Assembly: GCF_006345805.1 (NCBI RefSeq)
Contig: NC_043007.1
Span: 22,568,001 to 22,632,000, forward strand
Direction: 5' to 3'
DNA from: Octopus sinensis
Taxonomy: Eukaryota
Length of the DNA: 64,000 nucleotides
Shown here: positions 50,123 to 62,486 of the stretch, one piece after another
How positions within the stretch are numbered: the stretch's first letter is position 1
Layout: the number at the start of each line of letters is the position of its first letter
Made by a program: the position numbers and the translations under genes
The notes under the pieces: model-generated
Databases searched by the model: none
What the model was told of the DNA's origin: nothing
Seen by the model: only the letters and a program-made list of their open reading frames with translations

Positions 50123-50364
50123 TTGAAAAAAAAAAAGCTACTGGGTATTTCGTGGCCTGTTGATTGTGCGTGCATGAGCCCACATGCCAGTGAATGCATA
50201 GGCACATGTGTGCATGCTTTTGACAAAAGCTGCAGGGGTTTTCTTTGGTCTGTTGAGTGTGTGAGCAGTAGAGAGAGAGAGAGAGAGAGAGACAGAGTGT
50301 ATGTATGTGTGTATGCGTGTGTACGCATGAGTGTGTGTCAAATGTTCTTAAATGGTTCTCTTAC

Positions 50365-50429
50365 CATTTCCAACATCTTTCCTAATTTTCCCGTATGTTT
50401 TTCTTCCTTTGTTTTCTCAAACGGTTCCA
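50365..50429 (-). CDS. Gene 3 small exon, 65 nt, phase 1-0: (M)EPFEKTKEEKHTGKLGKMLEM
   Basis: TTTTTTTTTTTGTCTTTTCAG acceptor and GTAAGA donor. Open in the required phase; the phase-2 reading hits TGA. Confidence 0.75.
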
Positions 50430-50519
50430 CTGAAAAGACAAAAAAAAAAACAAATTTATTTATATTTTTATTATTTTTATTTATTTATTCATTTATTTAG
50501 TTATTTTGTTGGTAACTCT

Positions 50520-50864
50520 ACTCTTATACTCTTTTACTTGTTTCAGTCATTTGACTGTGGCCATACTGGAGCACCGCCTTTCGTCGAGCAAATCGACCCC
50601 AGGACTTATTCTTTGTAAGCCCAGTACTTATTCTATCGGTCTCTTTTGCCGAACCGCTACGTCATAGCGACGTAAACACACCAGCATCGGTTGTCAAGTG
50701 ATATTGGGATGACAAACACAAACACACTCTCTCTCTCTCTTCTCTTTTACTTGTTTCAGACATTTGACTGCGGCCATACTGGAGCACCGCCTTTAGTCGA
50801 ACAAATCAACTCGGAACTTATTCCTTGTAAGCCTAGTACTTATTCTATTAAACAGTATATATAT

Positions 50865-50916
<52 letters not shown>

Positions 50917-51080
50917 TACGATGGGCTTCTTTCAGTTTCCATCTACCAAATCCACTCACAAGGCTTTAGTCGGCCTGAGGCTATAGCAGAAGACACTTGC
51001 CCAAGGTTCCACACAGTGGGACTGAACCCGGAACCATGTGGTTGGTAAGTAAGCTACTTACCACACAGCCACTCCTAGGC
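50520..51080 (-). mobile_element. SINE family D with duplicated 3' segment
   Basis: CTCTTTTACTTGTTTCAG...GGAGCACCGCCTT occurs at ~50527 and ~50741. Head lies at ~51075. Confidence 0.75.
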
Positions 51081-51619
51081 CTAGATAATTTTTTCTACAG
51101 AGTAGGAAGAGGGATAGTAACATGAAACAACATACTTTCCCTTCTTGCAGTGTAATGTAAAAGAGCACGCTTCCCCTGTCTGCAGGGTAACTTCCTAATG
51201 AAAGGGAGTTTCTTACCCTGCAGTTTAAATACAAGGAACCGTTCCTTCACTTCAGCAAAACACAAAGGAGCATTCTTTGTAGTGTAATGTAAAGGAATTT
51301 TCCCAGCATTCTGTAATGTAATGTGGTTTCAAATTTTGGCACAATGCCAGCAATTTTAGGGAGAGGGTGTTTGTCAATGACTTCAACCCAAGTGCTCAAC
51401 TGGTACTTATTTTTCAACCCGAAACGGATGAAAAGCCAAATACCACATTGCTGGTACTGTGAAGCGCACAGTTCTACACAAGGATTTTTGTATTTTTTTC
51501 ATAAATTAGGGGATGGTTACTAACATTAAAATTAAGGATTATATAATGTACAAGTATAAAGAAAGAATTAAAGAAAAAAAGGACTCATTATATTTAATGT
51601 TATCAATAATATATAATAA

Positions 51620-51621
51620 TG

Positions 51622-51655
<34 letters not shown>

Positions 51656-51975
51656 AATTATTGTATACAGTGCTCAGGTGCACCACAACTTGTCAAAGGT
51701 GCATATAAAGCATATGCAGTAGTGTACAAATGTCTGGAAAGTGAACAGTGTATGAGTCAGATACATGCTTGCATGTGTATGGAGGGGAGAAAGTCAGGTG
51801 TAGTGTTGGAGAATCTCAGGAAGCATGGAAGTTTTGAAGGATGCAGTGCTCCGACAACTAACAACTGATGCTGGCAGTTTGTTCCATGCTTCAGCAACTC
51901 TAAGCGTGAAAAAATATTTCCTAAAGTCATGGGAGCTGTGCTGTTTTCTGACTTTGTAAACATGTCCACGGGTGT
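51620..51975 (-). mobile_element. CR1 3' UTR fragment
   Basis: Reverse complement of 42378-42710 with an (AAT)n tail. Confidence 0.8.
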
Positions 51976-52294
51976 ATAGAGTGGAAATAGGGGATGCTGC
52001 AGTTCAGCAGTGCCTATACATGAGCTGACACTGTGAGTGCCAAAGAGTTAAAGGACTGCTTTGGGGGTCATCTTGGGGCTAAACAACAAGTTAAGCAGTC
52101 CAGTCAATTTCTGAATGTTGAAAGATTACAGAAGGGAACAGTGGTGAATTAAAAGAAACTTAAATTATATCAGATAGATATACCTCAGTGTCTCCATCCT
52201 GGACCTTCTCTATACAAAGAGGTATCCAGGTATCTATTTGAGATGATGTCACAAGAAGAGAGAAAGAACAATGGAAGAAACTCGAAGAACTTAC

Positions 52295-52343
52295 TATCAC
52301 TTTTGTATTTCCGTGGTGGGAGGTTTGGTGTGAAACCAGTTTC
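52295..52343 (-). CDS. Gene 3 microexon, 49 nt, phase 0-1: ETGFTPNLPPRKYKSD
   Basis: TTTTTTTTCTTTTTCCTCCCAG acceptor, GTAAGT donor and a PxxPxR motif. Confidence 0.75.
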
Positions 52344-52384
52344 CTGGGAGGAAAAAGAAAAAAAACAAAGTTTTTGAGTGATAA

Positions 52385-53040
52385 TTACAATAAGTGCATT
52401 GATGATGATGATGGTTGTGGCTTTGGTAATGGTAGTTGTAGAGATTTTTTTTTTAAATGCAAATAGTGATGGTGTTGATGACATTGATAGTAAGATTGGC
52501 AATGGTGGGTGAGACTGATGAGGATGAAGATGATAACGACAGGGAGGATTAGGACACTGATGGCAATGGTGATTCCGATGCTGATAGCAATGACGATTAT
52601 GATGCTGATGATGATGATGGTGATAATTATTATGATGGTGATGATGGTAATAACGATTATGATGGTGATGATGATTATGAGGCTGATGATGGTGATGATG
52701 ATTATGAGGCTGATGATGATGGTAATGACGATGATGATGGTGATGATGATTATGATGGTGATGATGATGATGATGATGATGAGGCTGATGATGATGGTAA
52801 TGATGATTATGATGCTGATGATGATGATGGTGATAATGATTATGATGCTAATGATGGTGATGACGATGAGGCTGATGATGATGGTAATGACGATTATGAT
52901 GCTGTCGATGATGTTGCCATCACCACCACCAATTATGCCGAAGACAATGACAACAATGATGACAACACCCATGATGACATCAAACGCCAACAACGATAAC
53001 GAAGACACAAACACTGACGATAATGAGACTGATGGTGATT
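52385..53040. repeat. Degenerate (GAT)n trinucleotide tract with higher-order sub-repeats
   Basis: GAT with mostly single-base variants (GGT, AAT, TAT, GCT, GAG, GAC). Recurrent GATTATGAGGCTGATGAT blocks. Confidence 0.9.
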
Positions 53041-53807
53041 GCAAGGTCACTAAAAATCTGTCTTTACATTTACAATAAAAACAAACTAAAACGAAATTCT
53101 ATTTCAAAGTGAACATAGGGGTCAATCGGGTAAGCACCTTAGGGGACACTGTGTCTACTGGGTGGGATTATTAGGCTTAAAGTGTATCTCTGGCATCCTG
53201 TGTGGGGTATGACCTGAAAGGGACTTGTTTTTCGGGGGTTGGGTTTCCTAAATAAAACAATTTTCTCTGAGTGCAGGTTGAGGGGCCCAGAACCTTGAGA
53301 GTACATGTCAATACTTGTAAATGTTGTAGCGGCAATTCAAGGAACCTAAGATCCTAGCATATGATCCAAAGAGTACAGTATCCTGTTGGGTGAGTAATAT
53401 GTGTGCTTTAAGAGCCCACCCGTATCAAATTTATCCAATTTACAAGTTTGAAACCTTTTTGATAACAAGTGAATGGATGTAAAAACTATTTATACTGGTT
53501 ATTGAGAGTAGTGCTGGTACCATGTAAAAAGCATTCAGTAGCTCTCTGAAGTGGTTGGCATTTGGAAGGGCATCAAACCATAGAAACCATACCAAAGCAG
53601 GCACCGGAGCTTGGTGCAGTCCTTTGGCTTGCCAGCTCCTGCCAAACTGGCCAACCCATACCAGCATTAAAAAAAACAAAAAAAAAAAAAAACAGATGTT
53701 CAACTATGATGATGATGATGATATCTGTGTTCTGCAGTTGATTTACTTGCTTAACCTTTTTGCCAACACAGTTGCTCGAATAACCACTTTTAAAAGCTAA
53801 TGAATAC

Positions 53808-54202
53808 TCTCTTTTACTCTTTTACTTGTTTCAGTCATTTGACTGTGGCCATGCTGGAGAACCGCCTTTAGTCGAGCACATCGACCCCGGGACTTATTCG
53901 TTGTAAGCCTAGTACTTATTTTATCGGCCTCTTTTGCCGAACCACTAAGTTACGGGGACGTAAACACACCAGTATCGGTTGTCAAGCGATGTTGGGGGAA
54001 TAAACACAGACACACAAACATATACACATACATATACATATGACGGGCTTCTTTCAGTTTCTGTCTACCAAATCCACTCACAAGGCTTTGGTCGGCCCAA
54101 GGCTATAGTAGAAGACACTTGCCCAAGGTGCCACACAGTGGGACTGAACCTGGAACCATGTAGTTGGTAAGCAAGCTACTTACCAACAGCCACTCCTACG
54201 CC
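53808..54202 (-). mobile_element. SINE family D reference copy (tRNA-like head, CCTTGGGCAAG CORE-like motif, internal TG/TA microsatellite)
   Basis: Minus strand reads AGGCGTAGGAGTGGCTGTTGGTAAG...GGTTCAGTCCCAC...CCTTGGGCAAGTG and ends GACTGAAACAAGTAAAA. More than ten related copies in the window. Confidence 0.85.
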
Positions 54203-54399
54203 TTTAGTTTTTATAATACACATTTTGTAAAGAACAGTGTCATTGGTTATATGTTTTCAATGGCTAATCAACAGCTCAGTGCATCATTTAATGATCAGAA
54301 TGACAACTTGGGTGGAACAAAGTATTTTTACTTGAATACACCAATTTGTTCTTTACTCGTGTGTACTTTACAGGAATGTATCTGTCTATCTTTCTTTCT

Positions 54400-54563
54400 A
54401 TCTATTTATCTGTCTGTGCGTAACTGGTACTTATTTAATCAAACCTGAAAGGACGAAAGGCAAAGTCAACCTCAGCAGAATTTTAACTCAGAATGTAACG
54501 GCAGACGAAATACTGCTAAGCATTTTGCCCGGTGTGCTAACGATTCTGCCAGCTTGCCGCCTT
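54400..54563 (-). mobile_element. SINE family B, 5' part
   Basis: Head AAGGCGGCAAGCTGGCAGAA and central core. Confidence 0.75.
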
Positions 54564-54939
54564 TTAAAGTAATATGGCAAAGTAAAATTGGTAGTTCTCG
54601 GAGAAGTGAGGGTTACACAAACATTTAGGAAATGCTGTGGGTGAGATGTAACCTGGTTTGTCTAATTCCATGGATCAGTGAAGACAATAGTGGGAGACGA
54701 AGAAAAGGCAAGTGAGGTTTTAAGCAAAGTGCTAAAATACCTGGATCAGGACAATAGCTGAAGTATTTCTGCTATAAAGCTTTAACTGAATTTTGGTTTA
54801 TCAAGCTGTCAAGCAACTGGTACCTACTGAAACTGTACTATTAAATATGAGTAAATATTTGTAAGTTATTCAGTTTGTACTGATTTTAGTAGAGCATAAT
54901 CAAAATTAGTCACACCCTCTCTTTCTCTCTCTCTCTCAC

Positions 54940-55525
54940 ATAATAATAATAATAATAATAATTATATTTGTGTACAGTGCTCAGGTGCACTACAACTCAT
55001 CTAAAGTGTATATATAAATCAGGGTAGTTTCGACGGATTTCGGAAAGCATGAGGGCCTTAAAGGATGCAGTGTCATGGCAGTCAACAACTGATGCAGGCA
55101 GTTTATCCACGCTTCAGCAACCCTGAGCGTGAAAAATGTTTCCGAAAGTCATGGGAGCTGTATTGTTTTCTGACTTTGTAGGCAGTCCACGTGTGTTAGA
55201 CACAGGAGATCAAAAAGGTGTTCAGTGTTGTTGGTGTTGGTTGAGGTGGGTTGATAACTTTGTGGGTGTTTACCAAGTCCGTCGCCAAACGCCGGAGCTT
55301 CAGTGAATCCATGCCCAGGGAAACAAGGCGCTCAGAATATGGTAGGTGTCTGATGGAGGGTATGCGTTTGGTTGCACGCTCTGGACAGATTCCAGGAGGT
55401 CAAAATGTCTGTGCAAGATAGGGGTTCCAAATGATGATGCGAATTCCAGTGTGGTCGTACCATAGCTGTATACAGTTTTAAATAGATGGCTGGAGATGTC
55501 TATATACATGTATTGATACACTTGA
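54940..55525 (-). mobile_element. CR1-clade LINE 3' fragment, degraded
   Basis: Homologous to 42060-42710 (..LYTAMVRPHLEF..WNPYL..). (AAT)n tail. Confidence 0.8.
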
Positions 55526-55709
55526 GTTACATTACTACAAGCAATGTATGCAAAATATTGAAAGTACTTTTCGAGAAGTTTAACCTGTGACTCAACACAA
55601 AAGCTTAAATTTCAGTAATGACATTTTGCTAAAAAGAAAGAGGCTGACATTTTATTTATAAGAGAAATGTGAACAGTCAAAATAAAAGAAAAAATACATA
55701 CACACATTT

Positions 55710-55854
<145 letters not shown>

Positions 55855-56255
55855 AAAGGAAAGGAAATGGCAGAAATGAACAAAAGAAAATGCTGAACCA
55901 AAAATTATATGCTGCATTTGATGGTATATAAATTGCAGTTTTCTCTCCAAAAACATTTCGCACAAACTCACCTCAGGTCCTATGTGTGCAAGTTGGGCCT
56001 TCGTTAAGTTAATTTTCCTTTAATAAAGTAAAAGCATTTTTTTTACCCCTCCTGAAGATGCACTGCTGAAATTGGAGTGCATCTAACATGCCTGAGTGCC
56101 TTTTATGCCACCAAATATGGTAATTACTAATATAAGAGCCATTATTTTGGAAATAAAAAGGTCCTTCTTTGTACATTTGAAGGAATAAGGGATCTGGTTT
56201 ACAATCAGGGATCCAATTGATTGAATATAGTGTACATGGAAATATTACTCTTTTA

Positions 56256-56595
56256 CTTGTTCCAGTCATTTGACTGTGGCCATGCTGGAGCACCGCCTTT
56301 AGTCAAGTAAATCAATCCAGGACTTATTCTTTGTAAGCCTAGTACTTATTCTATCGGTCTCTTTTACGGGGATGTAACATAACCAGCATCGGTTGTCAAG
56401 AGATGTTGGGGAGACAAACACAGACACACAAACATACACACACACATGCAAACATACACACACACACATATATATATATATATGTATACATATATACGAC
56501 AGGCTTCTTTCAGTTTCCGTCAACCAAATCCACTCACAAGGCTTTGGTCGGCCCGAGGCTATACTAGAAGACACTTGCCCAAGATGCCACGCAGG
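56256..56595 (-). mobile_element. SINE family D, head truncated
   Basis: Matches 53808-54130. Confidence 0.8.
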
Positions 56596-56706
56596 CAAAT
56601 AATTTTCTCTGAAAATGGGCTTAACAATTTAAAAAAAAACAAAAGAACTATAAGCTTAAAAACTGAGCATTTCTGCATTATCTGATAGAAAAAAATATTT
56701 TCTTAC

Positions 56707-56729
56707 CGTTTCTCCGAAGTCAACAGAAG
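56707..56729 (-). CDS. Gene 3 microexon, 23 nt, phase 1-0: (A)SVDFGET
   Basis: TTTTCTTTTTCGTTTGTTCTTCAG acceptor and GTAAGA donor. Bridges the phase-1 end of the 684-nt exon to the phase-0 exon at 52343. Confidence 0.7.
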
Positions 56730-56879
56730 CTGAAGAACAAACGAAAAAGAAAATTGGTAAATTTAATATTGAATCATTTAATCAGATTTTAAAGGAAAAG
56801 GAAAAAGTTATTATTGCTACAGGTAGGCAATTTTAAAATATTTCTTGATCAACATCTCTGTTCTTTATAGTCCGTGTTA

Positions 56880-57200
56880 GGTATATGTGGGTGAAGGGTA
56901 AAGACCCCTTTTGGTCATGAATGACCATGGAACTGCACCTTGTAAGTTCCCCTCTGAGGCACAAGTCCAGGCAAGGTTGTTTCTGGAAAGCCAGCAGTCA
57001 CCCATGCAGTCCCCTCTTCACACCACTGATGTTACCCAAGGGAAAGGCAAAGGGGCTGATACAGCTTGGCACCAGTGATTTCACAACTCATTTCTGCAGC
57101 TGAGTGAACTGGAGTAATGTGCACACAGCCGGCCCGAGAATCGAACTCACTACCTCATGATTGTGAGCCTAATGCTCTAATCACTGAGCCATGCACCTTG
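56880..57200 (-). mobile_element. tRNA-derived SINE, further family (F)
   Basis: Head AAGGTGCATGGCTCAGTGATTAGAGC...GAGTTCGATTCTCG on -. Confidence 0.65.
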
Positions 57201-57814
57201 GTGTACACCAGGTACACAAGATAGTCATAAAACTGATGTAATAATTTTATACAATTATTAATTATGACTACAGGTCGTTATCAACTTATGATCACAATTG
57301 GTTCCAACTGACTGGTCGTAAGTCAGCCTATAGGCCTACATAGCTTTGTTTTGAATTTTTACATTCTTAGGGTACATTCTCAGGTAAAAGTCACACACAG
57401 CATTCTGTATTATACTGGTGTTAGTCAAAAAATCTCGAGTCTCAAGCAGTTGTCTTTTAAATACGAGGTTTCCTCAATGTCTCAGTGACAAGATATTCAT
57501 CCAACACTTGGGATAACCACGGTGGTGATCGATAACAAATCTAGGGGAAACATTTGTTAGCTGACATCACCTGTAGATTGGTTAATTTCTAAGCCGGGTG
57601 GTTGACGGCTGACATGAATTCTCAGTCGTCAGCAGCGGTATAGGGCATGAGTGCGGCTGGTCAGTCGGTGCACGAACGCGAAAGAATAAGAATAAGAAGC
57701 GCGGGCAAACGGCGGGAGTAACTCCGACTCTCTCTAGGTGCTAGAGTAGCAAGTAGTCAGTCGGTCAGTCGATTGGTCATAGTAGTTGGCAGCTCCCTCT
57801 CATATTAGAGAAGG

Positions 57815-58155
57815 TTAGGGAAGCACTCCGTCGGTTATGACGATGAGGGTTCCGGTTGATCCGAATCAACGGAACAGCCTGCTCGTGAAATTAACGTGTA
57901 AGTGGCTGAGCACTCCACAGACACGTGCACCCTTAACGTAGTTCTTGGGGATATTCAGCGTGACACAGAGAGTGACAAGGCCGGCCCCTTGAAATACAGG
58001 TACAACAGAAACAGGAAGTAAGAGTGAGAGAAAGTTGTGGTGAAAGAGTACAGCAGGGATCGCCACCACCCCCTGCCGGATCCTCGTGGAGCTTTTTAGG
58101 TGTTTTCGCTCAATAAACACTCACAACGCCCGGTCTGGGAATCGAAACCGCAATC
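57815..58155 (-). mobile_element. SINE family A (long variant), head truncated
   Basis: Body shared with 39680-39998. Confidence 0.75.
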
Positions 58156-59026
58156 ACTTAGAGAAGATAAGACAGGTTTTTAATACACCATTTCTGTTAT
58201 GATTTGATTGTATATTATCTTGACAGTGAGGCAAATTCAATTCTACCCAACTCATTTCCACCTGATCTCTGAAGTTTTCAATAAACTAATAAATAATTAA
58301 GAAAAGCAATCAATATAGCACGGTAAGTATAGCATTTGATTTTAAAACCCAAGCTATCAATTCAAGCTTAAATCAGGTAATACTTGCTCTATTAATTAAT
58401 CATTTATGGACACTAATACAGTGTCCATGAATTCATACAGGTAAGAGATATTCATCATCATCATCATCATCATCGTTTAGTGTCCGTTTTCCATGCTAGC
58501 ATGGGTGTCTATTATAAATTGGTACTTATCTTTTACCTTTTGTTTCAGTTATTAGACTGTGGTCATACTGTGGCACCACCTTGAAGAATCTTAGTTGAAC
58601 AAATTGACCCCCAATACCTGTTTTTATTTTGTAAAGCCTGGTTCTTATTCTATCAGTCTCTTTTGCCTAACTGCTAAGTTATGGTGATGCAAACACACCA
58701 ACACAAGTTGTCAAGCGGTTATAGGGGACAAACACATACCCAAAGACACACACACACACATGTATATACAATGGGCTTTTTTCAGTTTTTGTCTGTGGAA
58801 TCTATTCACAAGGCTTTTGTTAGCCCAAAGCTATAGTAGCAGACACCTGCCCAAGGTGTGCCATGCACTGAACCTGGAACCATGTTGTCTGCAAGAATAC
58901 TTGGCACACATCCACGCTTGCACCTGTAGTGAATCATATGGTACGTTTTGTTCAAATATTAAAATGGTAAAATATTTAGGAAAACAAACCCCCAAAAAAT
59001 GTTTGAAAATGTCATCATTAACTTAC

Positions 59027-59710
59027 CTGGGCTTTTCATGGCAGAGATTTCACAGTAAGTTTTATCGGATTCAGAAAGACTTCTCATGTGAGATTTGCTC
59101 ACAACAGAATAAACATGATCATCGTTGTTTTTAGTATTATCTGCCTTACCATGACCAGACATCGTCAAAGACTTTGCCTTGGAGGATGGCATTTCAGAAT
59201 TCATCAGGGCAGCTGCTCCTTTTGGACATGGTGTTAATTCTTGGTAGGGTGACCGAGAATTATTGCCGTTAAACTGAAGGTGGTCATATCTAGGTGAAAC
59301 TGGTGGTGCTTTAGTTGGGATCACATGTCTGTCAAGGTTGGAAATTGTGTCTTGTGAAGATAAGTTTTCATCCTCTTCTTGATTGCCAGCTGATATGCAT
59401 GTCACAAATTTCTTGGTATCTTCAGAAGTATTATTTACATTAGAATATATCCCGCTTGAAGTGACCTTCCATTCTTGCTCAATTGGAGTGACTGGTCTGC
59501 AAGTCAGGGAATTTGAATAAAGTGCAGGGCTGGGAGTTCTTTGGGTTGGTGAGAGATTTTGTGGGGACATTTCAACAGGAGATAAACTATTCGAGGTACA
59601 TTGTTCAGGGGTTACAGTTAGGGTTTCTGGCTTCTTTTTCCTCTCAGGTGGCAGGGGCGTTTCTTGGCGGGGTTTGCTTTCATAAACAGGAAATGTCGAA
59701 ATGGAATTTT
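59027..59710 (-). CDS. Gene 3 main exon, 684 nt, phase 1-1: Ser/Pro/Tyr-motif-rich disordered region of a docking/adaptor-like protein
   Basis: TTTATTTTCTTTGTATTTAG acceptor and CAG|GTAAGT donor. 228 open codons in non-repetitive sequence. Motifs PLPPER, YSNS, YSNV, YDHL, YQEL, YSVV, YCEI. Confidence 0.85.
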
Positions 59711-59929
59711 CTAAATACAAAGAAAATAAACTGCATGAGTGAAAACAATGGAAGATTCATGACAATTATATACTATTATATTTCCCTGTGAACAAGTCAA
59801 ACTTTTCAGACCAAAACTTACAGCCAAAAAGGATCAGTCAACTTATATACCCAAACAATTCTAAAGGTCCAAAAATTTGTTATATACTATGTTGAGTTCT
59901 ATGTAAAAAAATACAGTATATATTATATT

Positions 59930-60776
59930 CTAAGATATGGATGTGGACATATTCTAATGGATGTGGATGTGAATGTGGATAGCTGTGTGAAAAAGTGCCA
60001 CACCCTAGCGGTTGAGGGAACCTGTGGAAGAGGTAGACCCAGGAAGATCTGGGATGAGGTGGTGAAGCATGACCTTCGAACATTGGAAATATGCTGTGCT
60101 TGAGAAGACTCGGCAAGCGCAAGTGAGACCATAACCTTGTGGCCTATGCCAGGGGTGTAACCAGCCCACTTATGCGTACCTTTCCTTCATTGGACACTGC
60201 TTGCGAAGACCTGTTGAGGCAAGTGAGATCGAAATCAAATTCGATGACTGGCATCCATGCTAGTGGAGCGCTAAGGGTACCATATGTGTGTGATCGTTGC
60301 CAGAGCAACAAGCTGGCCTCTGTGCCAATGGTACGTAAAAACACCATTCAAGCATGATTGTTACCCGCGTCGCCTTACTGGCACTTGTGCTGGTGACACG
60401 TGAAAAAACATTTGAGCGAGGTTGTTGCCAGTGCCGCTAGACTGGCTCCTGTGCAGGTGGCACATAAAAAGCACCATTCGAGCGTGATCATGACCAGTGT
60501 CGCCTTACTGGCACTTGTGCCGATGTGCAGGTGACATGTAAAAAAACACGACTTTTTTGTGGCTGTTGCCAGTACCGCCTGACTGGCCCTCGTGCTGGTG
60601 GCATGTAAAAGCACCCACTACACCCTCGGAGTGGTTGGCGTTAGGAAGGGCATCCAGCTGTAGAAACTCTGCTAGATCAGATTGGAGTCTTGTGCAGCCA
60701 TCTGGTTCGTCAGACCTCAGTCAAATCGTCCAACCCATGCTAGCATGGAAAGCGGATGTTAAATGATGATGATGAT
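59930..60776 (+). mobile_element. RTE-clade LINE 3' end: ORF2 C-terminus, 3' UTR with VNTR, terminal domain and (GAT)n tail
   Basis: 59930-60110 translates ..GHILM..DSCVKKCHTLAVEGTCGRGRPRKIWDEVVKHDL (RTE-type GRGRPRK.W) and is contiguous with the repeat seen throughout the window. Confidence 0.8.
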
Positions 60777-61085
60777 AATGTTAAGGGTTAATAGTAAGAA
60801 CTTCTGTAATGTTGCCTATGGCTGAGGTCCTATTAATATAAATCAACAACAGTTGTAACTGAGAGACCATCATTGTTATTAAATAGAAGGTTTTAGTAGC
60901 AGGATTTAATTAATTATCAATGTAGTGAGCATTAAAGAGTAGAAGCTGAACTTCTTGGTTATCTAAGCTTGTGTGATGGTCACGATCTTTGGCTGATGCC
61001 AGTTTCACTCTGAATGTATGCTGAACACTGAAATATGAACAGGGTGTTGTCAGAAACAGAGATAAGTGAAACAACTGTTATATAT

Positions 61086-61330
61086 ATCATCATCATCATC
61101 ATCATCATTTAACGTCCGTTTTCCGCGCTAGCACGGGTTGGACGGTTTCGACCGGGGTCTGGGGAGCTCGGGACTGCCCCAGGCTCCAGTCTAGTCTGGC
61201 AGTGTTTCTACAGCTGGATGCCCTTCCTAACGCCAACCACTCCGCGAGTGTAGTGGGTGTTTTTTACGTGCCACCTGCACAGGTGCCAGAGGGGTCTGGC
61301 ATCGGCCACGTTCGGATGGTGCTTTTTATG
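61086..61330 (-). mobile_element. RTE 3' fragment abutting the G-rich array
   Basis: (CAT)n tail, terminal domain and one VNTR unit ending at ATGGTGCTTTTTATG. Confidence 0.75.
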
Positions 61331-62405
61331 GGGGGGGCAGAAATATAGGGGGCAGCACCAGTGGGAGGGATGGTTCAGAGGACAGGTACGAGGCAAGTAG
61401 AACGTAGGTTACCGAGAGAGGGGTAATGCATGGTGAAATAGCGTATTGAAGAGGGGGCTTCAAATAGTAGACACCTATAATGGTGTGGGGCGGTGCAGAA
61501 ATATAGGGGAGCACCAGTGGGAGGGGTGGTTCAGAGGACAGGTTCTAGGCAAGTAGAACGTAGGATATCGAGAGAGGGGTAATGCATGGTGAATAGCGTA
61601 TTGAAGAGGGGGGTTCAAAGAGTAGACACCTATAATGGTGTGGGGGGTGCAGAAATATAGGGGAGCACCAGTGGGAGGGGTGGTTCAGAGGACAAGTTCT
61701 AGGCAAGTAGAACGTAGGAGATATCGAGAGAGAGGTAATGCATGGTGAAATAGCGTATTGAAGAGGGGGGTTCAAAGAGTAGACACCTATAATGGTGTGG
61801 GGGGGGGGGGTGCAGAAATATAGGGGAGCACCAGTGGGAGGGGTGGTTCAGAGGACAGGTTCTAGGCAAGTAGAACGTAGGATATCGAGAGAGGGGTATG
61901 CATGGTGAAATAGCGTATTGAAGAGGGGGGTTCAAAGAGTAGACACCTATAATGGTGGTGGGGGGTGCAGAAATATAGGGGAGCACCAGTGGGAGGGGTG
62001 GTTCAGAGGACAAGTTCTAGGTAAGTAGAACGTAGGATATCGAGAGAGAGGTAATGCATGGTGAAATAGCGTATTGAATAGGGGGGGGTTCGGTGGTGGG
62101 GGGTGCAGAAATATAGGGGAGCACCAGTGGGAGGGGTGGTTCAGAGGACAAGTTCTAGGTAATAGAACGTAGATATCGAGAGAGAGGTAATGCATGGTGA
62201 AATAGCGTATTGAAGAGGGGGGGTTTCAAAGAGTAGACACCTATTGGTGGTGGGGGGGGTGCAGAAATATAGGGGAACACCAGTGGGAGGGGTGGTTCAG
62301 AGGACAGGTTCTAGGCAAGTAGAACGTAGGATATCGAGAGAGGGGTAATGCATGGTGAAATAGCGTATTGAAGAGGGGGTTCAAAGAGTAGACACCTATA
62401 TGGTG
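61330..62405. repeat. Tandem array of seven ~156-bp G-rich units
   Basis: CAGAAATATAGG at 61338, 61496, 61650, 61813, 61968, 62106 and 62262. Unit 5 is shortened. Confidence 0.95.
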
Positions 62406-62486
62406 GTTGGGAGAAACGACATCCGGTATAGTTGGAGCAATAAGAGATATTCGTATTGGTGGTGGGGGTGGGTAGGGCGGCGCGCC

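Noticed and set aside
51180-51223. Hairpin CTGCAGGGTAA...TTACCCTGCAG as a structured RNA or alternative terminal exon
   Set aside because: A single 11-bp inverted repeat without other support; the exon chain already continues in phase at 50429.
52553-52999. Aspein-like Asp-rich biomineralisation gene
   Set aside because: Most codons are single-base variants of GAT, stops need two or more changes, and there is no ATG, signal peptide or splice acceptor.
55972-56017. Extra gene 3 exon with a GTGAGT donor
   Set aside because: With the TAAAG acceptor only phase 2 is open (KINLTKAQLAHIGPE), which does not fit the phase-0 chain. The in-phase alternative acceptor (GAAG) is weak.
59822-59860. 39-nt candidate exon with a GTAAGT donor just upstream of the 684-nt exon
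   Set aside because: It has stops in the phases needed to join the phase-1 acceptor at 59710.
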